DNA of 64,000 bases. Source: Pontixanthobacter sp. Its GTDB lineage: Bacteria; Pseudomonadota; Alphaproteobacteria; Sphingomonadales; Sphingomonadaceae. The notes beneath the pieces were generated by a model that was given only the letters and a program-made list of their open reading frames with translations, did no database searches and was not told the origin of the DNA. A program made the position numbers and the translations under genes. Positions 42,714 to 49,902 of the stretch are shown here, in pieces; the stretch's first letter is position 1; the number at the start of each line of letters is the position of its first letter. The stretch spans positions 128,932-192,931 of the forward strand of contig NZ_JBAUIK010000013.1 in the NCBI RefSeq assembly GCF_049682855.1, in the 5' to 3' direction.

Positions 42714-43487
42714 TTGAAAACCACCATCATTTTTGCAGGTTTGGGGCTGGCCGCTGTCACGTTCTTCGCGGTCAATCCGCTCGGCCAGACCACACAGAGA
42801 GGACCATTGACGGCAACGGGCAAAGCCGCACCGCTGGCAACTGCCAAAGCGCCTGTGGTGCTCGAACTGTTTACCAGCCAGGGCTGCTCATCCTGCCCGC
42901 CCGCCGATCGATTGGCCGCGCAACTGGCCAGCGATCCTGCGCTGTTGGTTATCACGCGCCCGGTCACCTATTGGGACCGGCTCGGCTGGACCGACACGCT
43001 CGCCCGCGCGGCCAATACTGATTTACAGCGCGCCTATGCCCGCCGGGGCAATGAAGGCGCGGGCGTCTACACGCCGCAGATCATCGTCAATGGCCGCCAC
43101 GGCGCGGTGGGATCAAACGCCCGCAGCGTCAGCGCGCTGGCCCGCGATGCCGCGATGAAAACCCGCCCGGTTCTGGCCGTAACCGCAACCGGCAGTGGCG
43201 GATATTCGGTACGCGTGAGCGGCGCAGTACCGGGCGCAAGCGAGCTGATGCTGGTCGCATTATCCTCGCATGAAACGGTCGCCATCGGGCGCGGCGAAAA
43301 TGGCGGGCGTTCGGTCAGCTATACCAATGTTGTCCGCAGTGAGACGCGCATACCGGCATCCGCACAGGCCCGCCGCGCGTTCACTATTACAGCGGATCAA
43401 TTGGACGTAGCAGGCGCAGACACCTATGCCATTATCCTGCGAAAGCCCGCCGCTGGGGCGATTCTGGCGGGAACTGTGCTTGGCTGA
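42714..43487 (+). CDS. DUF1223 domain protein (thioredoxin-like, exported)
   Basis: 257-aa ORF with a TTG start and a signal peptide. The motif ELFTSQGCSSCPPAD is typical of DUF1223. Confidence 0.7.
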   Translation: MKTTIIFAGLGLAAVTFFAVNPLGQTTQRGPLTATGKAAPLATAKAPVVLELFTSQGCSSCPPADRLAAQLASDPALLVITRPVTYWDRLGWTDTLARAANTDLQRAYARRGNEGAGVYTPQIIVNGRHGAVGSNARSVSALARDAAMKTRPVLAVTATGSGGYSVRVSGAVPGASELMLVALSSHETVAIGRGENGGRSVSYTNVVRSETRIPASAQARRAFTITADQLDVAGADTYAIILRKPAAGAILAGTVLG

Positions 43488-43490
43488 ATA

Positions 43491-45173
43491 TTAGCCTTGC
43501 GATAGCTGGTTTGAACCGGCCCTGCTCACCATCCGGTGCTTGCCCGCAAGAGCAACCGAGCGGGACTTTACCCCGCTTACAAAACGCCATTCGCAGCTTG
43601 CCTGCGTAGGTGTTAGCTCGACCGCCATATAGCCGCGCTGGCTGGTATCGGCCCATTGCAATTCGGCGTTCCGTCCCACCAGCGACTGCTGCATGATTTT
43701 GGGCGGGACCATACCGAGATATGTTTCAAGGCCCGGCGATGTTACGCCCTGCACGCCAAATTCGATACCCGCGCGCGCGCTATCATGCGCCAGATCAAAC
43801 GCCCACGCATTATGCGTATCGCCCGCCAGAACCAGCAGATTGGCATCCGCATTCATCGCCGAGGCAAGCAACCGGTCACGCGCCGCAGGATACCCGTCCC
43901 ACGCATCCATATTGAGCGGCAGCCCGGCCTTGCTGGCCAGCGCCGCTGCTTGCAAACGCGATTTGATGTCCGCTGGCGCGGCGGCTGCCAGACCCTCCAG
44001 CAGACTGTCAGGGCTGGCCAGTTTGCCCATCAGCACTTGCTGGACAAGCACTTGCCACACGGTGCCGGATATACGTGACGCTTTCAATCCGTCCGCCAGC
44101 CAGTTTTCCTGCGCAGTGCCCAATATAGTCCGTTCGGGAGTGACGAAATCACCACCGCGAAACGCATCCAGTGCGGCGGTCATCTGGTCTGCCGAACCCT
44201 TGCCTTCCAGCAGCTTTTCAACGCTGAATTGTTCAGACCGCGCACCCAGCCGCGTTTCCAGCCGGAACAATGTCGCCAGATCGCCCACTTCATAAGCGGC
44301 ATAATCCGCATCCGATACCGGTAGCCATTCCCGGTAAGCGCGCATGGCGGCCCGTTTGCGCGCGCCCCAATCGCCTTCGCCGGGATCATGGTTTTCGGCC
44401 CCGCCGGTCCAGCTGTCATTGGCGCTTTCATGATCATCCCAGCCCAAAATCATCGGGTATAGCTGGGTCATCCGCCGCAAATCAGGATCGGCGCGGTAAC
44501 TCGCATGGCGGAGGCGGTAATCGGCCAGCACAACCGTTTCATGATCAGGCCACGCCGCGCGGCCCGCGACTTTCTGAGCCGCAGAGGGATAACGCCCATC
44601 ATTATATTCGTAAAAATAATCACCCAGATGCAGGATCAGGTCAAAGGCGTTGTCCTGCGCGGCATGGCCATAAGCATTGAAATAGCCAAAGCCGAGATTG
44701 GAGCAGGAGAATACGCCCAGCCGGAACCGGTCAACTGCACCAGCGGGCAAAGTGCGCGTGCGGCCAATATCCGACATGCCGCCATCGGGGCCGATGAAGC
44801 GGTAGAAATACCAGGTGCCCGGCTCCAGCCCTGTTGCAACCGGTTTCACGCAGAAATCATGCGCAGGTTTGGCTATGGCCGTTCCGCTGGCGATGATGGC
44901 GGTGAAACTGTCATCATCGGACACTTCCCATGTCAGCGCCGTATCCTGCATCGCGGCATAGCGGGTCCATAACAAAACGCTGTTCTGGCCCGGCTCTCCG
45001 CTGGCGACACCAAAGCCAAAACCCGTGGCCGCTTTGGCAGAGGCCAGACCCGGCAGGGCCGCAAGACCTGCCGCACCGGCCACACCGCTGCGCAACAGGC
45101 TGCGCCGGTCCATTGCAGCGAGCGATGGCAACGTAGGACACGGATCAGGCGAAGCGGGCGGATGGGCTGTCAT
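43491..45173 (-). CDS. phoD: Alkaline phosphatase D family (PhoD), Tat-exported
   Basis: 560-aa ORF with the twin-arginine motif MDRRSLLRSGVAGAAGLAALPGLASA, so the start may be the ATG at 45113. It has metallophosphatase-type motifs (ILHLGDYFYEY, LAGDTHNAWAF). Confidence 0.85.
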   Translation of the reverse strand: MTAHPPASPDPCPTLPSLAAMDRRSLLRSGVAGAAGLAALPGLASAKAATGFGFGVASGEPGQNSVLLWTRYAAMQDTALTWEVSDDDSFTAIIASGTAIAKPAHDFCVKPVATGLEPGTWYFYRFIGPDGGMSDIGRTRTLPAGAVDRFRLGVFSCSNLGFGYFNAYGHAAQDNAFDLILHLGDYFYEYNDGRYPSAAQKVAGRAAWPDHETVVLADYRLRHASYRADPDLRRMTQLYPMILGWDDHESANDSWTGGAENHDPGEGDWGARKRAAMRAYREWLPVSDADYAAYEVGDLATLFRLETRLGARSEQFSVEKLLEGKGSADQMTAALDAFRGGDFVTPERTILGTAQENWLADGLKASRISGTVWQVLVQQVLMGKLASPDSLLEGLAAAAPADIKSRLQAAALASKAGLPLNMDAWDGYPAARDRLLASAMNADANLLVLAGDTHNAWAFDLAHDSARAGIEFGVQGVTSPGLETYLGMVPPKIMQQSLVGRNAELQWADTSQRGYMAVELTPTQASCEWRFVSGVKSRSVALAGKHRMVSRAGSNQLSQG

Positions 45174-45298
45174 ACCGCCTCCGTAAACGCCTTATGCGTC
45201 AATACCAAGTCCGCAAAACAGCAGCGCATGGGCGCCGCCAATACTGCATGCACCACAGTTGAAAAAGACAAGCCTCACAAACATAATGCAAAGTATGC

Positions 45299-45336
45299 TT
45301 GACATCACGTCGCTTTGCTGTAAATGAACCTTTACA
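45299..45336 (+). promoter_or_regulatory. Sigma70-like promoter (TTGACA-N16-TAAATG) with an overlapping perfect palindrome TGTAAA-N6-TTTACA
   Basis: TTGACA lies at 45299-45304 and TAAATG at 45321-45326. The inverted repeat occupies 45319-45324 and 45331-45336. AAGGA at 45344-45348 sits 9 nt before the ATG at 45358. Confidence 0.45.
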
Positions 45337-45357
45337 TAGTGAAAAGGACGATTGACG

Positions 45358-45531
45358 ATGACACAGATACACAACGCGCTATTGCTTGCGGCTGCAATGA
45401 TCGGGCTTGCCCTTTTGGCAGCGGCGGGGTTCATCCCGGACGAAATGGCCCGGTGGGTGCCATTTGCACTGCTGGCTATCTTCCCTTCGGTGTGGTTGGC
45501 ACCGGCGCGCAGCTGCGGCGCGAAACCATGA
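45358..45531 (+). CDS. Small hypothetical membrane protein (57 aa, two hydrophobic helices)
   Basis: This ORF is not in the supplied track (under 60 aa). I translated it as MTQIHNALLLAAAMIGLALLAAAGFIPDEMARWVPFALLAIFPSVWLAPARSCGAKP. AAGGA lies 9 nt upstream, and its TGA overlaps the next ATG (ATGA at 45528-45531). Confidence 0.35.
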   Translation: MTQIHNALLLAAAMIGLALLAAAGFIPDEMARWVPFALLAIFPSVWLAPARSCGAKP

Positions 45532-46160
45532 CCGGCAAAGCATCGAGCGCAGTGACGTCCAAAAACGGGGCCCGGCGCGGCCCGTGGTTCTGGGGCGGAT
45601 TGATGATGGGTGCCTTTGGCGCAATTGCCGGGCTGGCCCTGTCAGGCGCGATTGAGGGGACCGCCATCCTTATTCTGATGATGCTTCCTATCGGGCTCAC
45701 CATCCCCTTGATCAGAGCGGCCAATCGCAGGGCCGACAGCGTATCCTGCTTCGGCAAAGGCGAGGCACAGAAGCGATATATTCAGCGCGTCGCCGTCTCG
45801 ACCTCGTTTTATCTTGCATCATTTGCACTGATGACATTCACCAATGCCGGTGGTGACCCGCCCTTGGCACTCCGCGCGTTTCTCGCGATTCTTCCCGGGC
45901 TCGCAATTATCGGCATATTCTGGGCTATCGGCAGATTGATTGTCGAGGAACAGGACGAATTTATGCGGATGCTGATCGTGCGCCAATCGCTGGTCGCCAC
46001 CGGACTTGCCCTGAGTGCTGCGTCCATCTGGGGCTTTCTGGAAGCTGCCGATGTGGTGCCGCATCTGGATGCCTATTGGGTGGCCATTGCATGGTTCTTC
46101 GGACTTGGCCTCGGCGCGATCATGAACCGCCTCCAATACGGAACGTGGGGTGCTGTATGA
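45528..46160 (+). CDS. Hypothetical polytopic membrane protein, paralog 1 (EEQDEF motif)
   Basis: 210 aa counted from the ATG at 45528. The track ORF starts at 45324, but that N-terminal extension is non-hydrophobic junk overlapping the small ORF. It has about 6 hydrophobic segments and shares LP.L..IG..WA..RL..EEQDE[FY] and WGF.E....VPH with the next gene. Confidence 0.7.
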   Translation: MTGKASSAVTSKNGARRGPWFWGGLMMGAFGAIAGLALSGAIEGTAILILMMLPIGLTIPLIRAANRRADSVSCFGKGEAQKRYIQRVAVSTSFYLASFALMTFTNAGGDPPLALRAFLAILPGLAIIGIFWAIGRLIVEEQDEFMRMLIVRQSLVATGLALSAASIWGFLEAADVVPHLDAYWVAIAWFFGLGLGAIMNRLQYGTWGAV

Positions 46161-46747
46161 GCAAGAATGAGCATAACCATCACATACGAGCGATGATTCT
46201 TTGGGCTGTTTTATTTTTCTGCGCCATGTTTGCAGCAGCAGGGGCATCCTTCGTGTTCAATCTTCCAGTCTGGTGGTCGATACTGGCATTTATGGCAGCC
46301 ATGACTTTGATGATCCCCTATGTGCACTCAGCGCAGAAGGCGTCCGCCGAAGCCGGGTCATATTCGCCCGCAATGACCCGTTATAACCGGCGGTTTACGG
46401 TTATGAGTTTTGCTTATGTTGTGCTGCTTCTGCTTAGCGTTTCGGTCTTTAATACTTACGATCTAAGCCTACCGGCATTATGGGCAATAGCGACGCTGCC
46501 AGCTCTATCTGTGATCGGAATGATTTGGGCGATGGTGCGTCTATTGCAGGAGGAACAGGATGAATATTTGCGGTTGAGGATGACAAATGCAGCCTTAATC
46601 GCAACGGCTATTGTGCTAGTGATCGGCACATTATGGGGCTTCTTTGAAACCTTCGGCCTAGTTCCTCATATTTGGGTTTGGGCGATATTTCCGATGTGGG
46701 CGATCAGCTTCGCCGTCGGTCGTTATATATGCCGCGACAGACCATGA
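46157..46747 (+). CDS. Hypothetical polytopic membrane protein, paralog 2 (EEQDEY motif)
   Basis: 196 aa counted from the ATG at 46157 (MSKNEHNHHIRAMILWAVLFF). There are ATGA overlaps at both ends. The C-terminal half is homologous to the preceding gene. Confidence 0.7.
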   Translation: MSKNEHNHHIRAMILWAVLFFCAMFAAAGASFVFNLPVWWSILAFMAAMTLMIPYVHSAQKASAEAGSYSPAMTRYNRRFTVMSFAYVVLLLLSVSVFNTYDLSLPALWAIATLPALSVIGMIWAMVRLLQEEQDEYLRLRMTNAALIATAIVLVIGTLWGFFETFGLVPHIWVWAIFPMWAISFAVGRYICRDRP

Positions 46748-46950
46748 AAAACCGGCTCAAAGTATTGCGGGCCATGCGCGATTGGAGCCAGCAGGACCTG
46801 GCCGACCGGCTCGGCGTTTCGCGCCAGAGCGTCAATGCGATTGAAACCGGCAAATATGATCCGTCGCTGCCATTGGCCTTCAAGATTGCAGAAACCTTTG
46901 CTATGGCTATCGAAGAGATATTCGAACGAGAGCATCGGGAAGGGCGATAG
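46744..46950 (+). CDS. Small XRE-family helix-turn-helix transcriptional regulator
   Basis: 68 aa: MKNRLKVLRAMRDWSQQDLADRLGVSRQSVNAIETGKYDPSLPLAFKIAETFAMAIEEIF. This is a classic HTH_3 (Cro/C1-type) sequence. An ATGA overlap joins it to the upstream gene. Confidence 0.85.
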   Translation: MKNRLKVLRAMRDWSQQDLADRLGVSRQSVNAIETGKYDPSLPLAFKIAETFAMAIEEIFEREHREGR

Positions 46951-46951
46951 C

Positions 46952-47056
46952 ATGCGGTTTGTGATCCTGTTTCTATGTGCAGCCCTGGCAGCGTGCGGCG
47001 GTAATGATACATCGGGCAAGACCGATGAGCCGCTCCATATGCCTGAACTCTACTGA
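46952..47056 (+). CDS. Possible mini-lipoprotein (34 aa)
   Basis: MRFVILFLCAALAACGGNDTSGKTDEPLHMPELY has the lipobox LAAC. AAGGG lies about 7 nt upstream, and the ORF starts 1 nt after the regulator stop. It is too short to be sure. Confidence 0.3.
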   Translation: MRFVILFLCAALAACGGNDTSGKTDEPLHMPELY

Positions 47057-47081
47057 TTTAACCCGCTGCTGAAACGGTTTT

Positions 47082-47840
47082 ATGCCTGAAATAGAGTTTC
47101 ACGAATCTGCCTCCGGCCGGCATATTGCATACAGGTTCCAGCCGGGCAGCGGGCCGGCGCTGGTATTTCTGCCCGGCTATATGTCGGATATGGATGGCGG
47201 CAAAGCCACGGCCATTATGGAATGGGCGGCGCGCAACGGCCGCGCCTGTCTGCTGCTCGATTATTCCGGCTGCGGGCGCAGCGATGGCGATTTTGCCGAT
47301 GGCAGCCTGAGCCTTTGGCGCGATGAGACATGCGGCCTGATCGATGCTTTGCCGATCAGCGACATAGTATTGATCGGATCATCAATGGGCGGCTGGCTGA
47401 TGCTGCTGATTGGTGAAATGCTGGGGCACAGGCTGGGCGCAATGATCGGTATTGCCGCCGCGCCCGATTTTTCCGACTGGGGTTTTAACGCCGCGCAGAA
47501 GGCGGCTTTGGCAGCGGGGCAGACCGTCTATGAAGACAATCCCTATGGCCCTGAACCGACCCCGACACATGCCAAATTCTGGCAGGATGCCGAAACGCTG
47601 AAGCGGCTGGACAGCGTAATCAATATCACTTGCCCGGTGCATCTGCTGCACGGCCAGAATGATACCGATGTGCCGTGGAACACCAGCCTGAAACTGGCAG
47701 CGGCGCTTCGTTCGGCTGCGGTACAGGTCCATCTGGTCAAAGACGGCGATCACCGCCTGTCGCGTGATCAGGATATTGCACTGTTGATATGGCTGTTGGA
47801 AAACCTCCATCACGCGCCGCCTGATCGCAATAACGCCTGA
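47082..47840 (+). CDS. Alpha/beta hydrolase
   Basis: 252-aa ORF with the nucleophile elbow GSSMGGW. It also has a late acidic residue and a His (DGDHRL). Confidence 0.7.
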   Translation: MPEIEFHESASGRHIAYRFQPGSGPALVFLPGYMSDMDGGKATAIMEWAARNGRACLLLDYSGCGRSDGDFADGSLSLWRDETCGLIDALPISDIVLIGSSMGGWLMLLIGEMLGHRLGAMIGIAAAPDFSDWGFNAAQKAALAAGQTVYEDNPYGPEPTPTHAKFWQDAETLKRLDSVINITCPVHLLHGQNDTDVPWNTSLKLAAALRSAAVQVHLVKDGDHRLSRDQDIALLIWLLENLHHAPPDRNNA

Positions 47841-47860
47841 GCCAATCTGGAGATTATGCC

Positions 47861-48703
47861 GTGTTATCCGCCGCCGTCTTTTTCCTGCTGCAAGTCGGCC
47901 CAAACCCAACCACGCCGCAGCTGGAGCCGTTACCCATCGAGTTGAAAACGGCGCGCGCAAAGCAGGCAGAAACACAAGATACCGATGCCCTGCCAACGGA
48001 CCCGTTGACGCGCTGCCTGATGCAGGCCGAGCTTACTCCGCTGGCGGCGCAAAGCGATGCCAACCAGTGGCTTGAAACCGCCATCGGCCTGCCGCGCGCG
48101 CATGCCTTGCATTGCCGCGGCTTTGCCGAGACGAGATTGGGCAATTGGACTGCTGCGGCGCAAAGCTTTACTGCGGCACGCGCGGAGGGCGCCATTGCCG
48201 ATCGGACCTACCGTGCACGGTTGGGCGCCATTGCCGCCAATGCGCTGATTGCCGGCGGTGATGTGCAAGCGGGACTGGATATGCTGGACACCGCCATTCC
48301 CGATGCAGCGGCCAGCGGCTTTACTGCTTTGGAAGCGGAAATGCGGCTCGACTATGCCCGCGCGCAGGTGATGCTGGGACGGATTGATGCCGCTGGCGAA
48401 TCGCTCGCACTGGCGCGCCAATTGGCACCGTCAAGCTCGCAGGCGTGGCTGCTTTCGGCCACATTGTCGCGCCGGACGGGCGATTTGGGTGCAGCGGCCA
48501 CGCACATTGCCCAAGCCAAACAGCTTAATCAGACCAACCCGGAAATTGCTCTGGAAGCGGGCGTCATTGCGGTATTATCGGGTGATGAGGCGGGTGCACG
48601 CGCCAATTGGCAGAGCGTTATCATCCTCATGCCCGGTACACCCGTGGCTGCCACAGCGCAGGATTATCTGGCTCAGCTTGGCGTGGAAGAGCCCGCCCAG
48701 TGA
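47861..48703 (+). CDS. Tetratricopeptide-repeat-like protein, probably exported
   Basis: 280-aa ORF with a GTG start and a hydrophobic N-terminus. Repeated Ala-rich helix pairs are present (e.g. AEMRLDYARAQVMLGRIDAAGESLALARQLAP, AWLLSATLSRRTGDLGAAATHIAQAKQL). Confidence 0.5.
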   Translation: MLSAAVFFLLQVGPNPTTPQLEPLPIELKTARAKQAETQDTDALPTDPLTRCLMQAELTPLAAQSDANQWLETAIGLPRAHALHCRGFAETRLGNWTAAAQSFTAARAEGAIADRTYRARLGAIAANALIAGGDVQAGLDMLDTAIPDAAASGFTALEAEMRLDYARAQVMLGRIDAAGESLALARQLAPSSSQAWLLSATLSRRTGDLGAAATHIAQAKQLNQTNPEIALEAGVIAVLSGDEAGARANWQSVIILMPGTPVAATAQDYLAQLGVEEPAQ

Positions 48704-48761
48704 TGCCCGGTGGACTGCCAAATGACCGCCCAGTGACTGCCCAGTGACTGGCCAATGACTA
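48696..48761. repeat. Degenerate tandem repeat, 11-bp unit x6 (consensus CCCAGTGACTG)
   Basis: The units read cccagtgatgc / ccggtggactg / ccaaatgaccg / cccagtgactg / cccagtgactg / gccaatgacta. Unit 1 holds the TGA stop of the TPR gene, and unit 6 holds the ATG of the next gene. Confidence 0.9.
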
Positions 48762-49738
48762 CCCTGTCCGTTCTCGACCTGGTGCCGGTGCGCGAAGGTG
48801 AGACATTGCCCAGCGCCTATACTGCGGCGGTATCGCTGGCGCAAACCGCCGAAACGCACGGCTATGACCGGTTCTGGGTGGCCGAACATCACGCGATGGA
48901 AGGCCTCGCCGGCGCGGCCACATCGGTTGTGCTGGCACATATCGGCAATGCGACAGACACCATCCGCATCGGATCGGGCGGGATTATGCTGCCCAATCAC
49001 AATCCCTTTGTGATCGCAGAACAATTCGGCACGCTGGACGCGCTATTCCCCGGCAGAATTGATCTGGGGCTCGGCCGCGCGCCGGGTGCTGATGCGCGTT
49101 TCGGGCAGGCTCTGCGCAAGAATATTGGCCAGGCGGCGGAATATTTCCCGCAGGATGTGATTGAGCTGCGCGCGCTGTTGACCGGGGACATTAATCTGCC
49201 AATCAAAGCCACTCCGGGATATGGGTCCCAGGTGGAAATATGGATGCTCGGCTCCAGCCTGTTCGGCGCCGGGCTGGCTGCCAAACTGGGTATGCCTTAC
49301 GCCTTCGCATCGCATTTTGCGCCCGATCATCTGGACGCTGCGCTGGAATTGTACCGCCGCGATTTCACGCCGTCCGAATATTTGGACCGGCCGCATGTGA
49401 TGGCCGCGATGACAGTAATTGCGGCCGATACGGATGATGATGCAGACTATATCGCATCATCGCAATGGCAGGCTTTCGTGCGTTTGCGCAGCGGCATGCC
49501 TGGCCGATTACCGCCGCCGCTTGCCGATTACCGCAGCAGCCTGCCTGCACCGGCCAAAGCGATGCTCGCCCATATTGGCCAGGCCAGCGCCATCGGGTCG
49601 CCGGAAACGGTCAAAAGCGCGCTGGGCAATTTTATTGAGCGGACACAGGCCGATGAAATCATCGTGGCCGGATCAACCTTCGATCCGGAACACCGAAACC
49701 GCTCTTTGGAAGTGACCCGGGCTGTGCTGGCTGCATAG
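48755..49738 (+). CDS. LLM-class (luciferase-like) flavin-dependent oxidoreductase
   Basis: 327-aa ORF. The N-terminus MTTLSVLDLVPVREGE and the motif DRFWVAEHH are typical of group-1 luciferase-family oxidoreductases (YhbW-like). Confidence 0.75.
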   Translation: MTTLSVLDLVPVREGETLPSAYTAAVSLAQTAETHGYDRFWVAEHHAMEGLAGAATSVVLAHIGNATDTIRIGSGGIMLPNHNPFVIAEQFGTLDALFPGRIDLGLGRAPGADARFGQALRKNIGQAAEYFPQDVIELRALLTGDINLPIKATPGYGSQVEIWMLGSSLFGAGLAAKLGMPYAFASHFAPDHLDAALELYRRDFTPSEYLDRPHVMAAMTVIAADTDDDADYIASSQWQAFVRLRSGMPGRLPPPLADYRSSLPAPAKAMLAHIGQASAIGSPETVKSALGNFIERTQADEIIVAGSTFDPEHRNRSLEVTRAVLAA

Positions 49739-49902
49739 GCTGCCCGGTCGCAGACCAACGGCTCTCAATCCGCGCGACTATCCTTGCAGCGTCATACGCG
49801 CTCGTCTATTCGCGCAGAATATCTGCAGGGTGCAGCAAGGATATATCAGAGTCAGAAAGCTGGCCTGGTACAGGGACAATCTCCCTGACGGAGTAAAGCG
49901 GG

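Noticed and set aside
45174-45298. Possible Pho box upstream of phoD (TTGTCTT...CTGTGG)
   Set aside because: The half-site spacing I read is about 13 nt rather than the 11-nt direct-repeat geometry of PhoB sites, and the matches are weak.
45324-45527. N-terminal 68 codons of the 278-aa track ORF (MNLYIVKRTIDDD...)
   Set aside because: This ATG lies inside the predicted -10/palindrome and the segment is non-hydrophobic. It overlaps a better small ORF in another frame that has an SD. The homologous paralog alignment only supports the part from the ATG at 45528.
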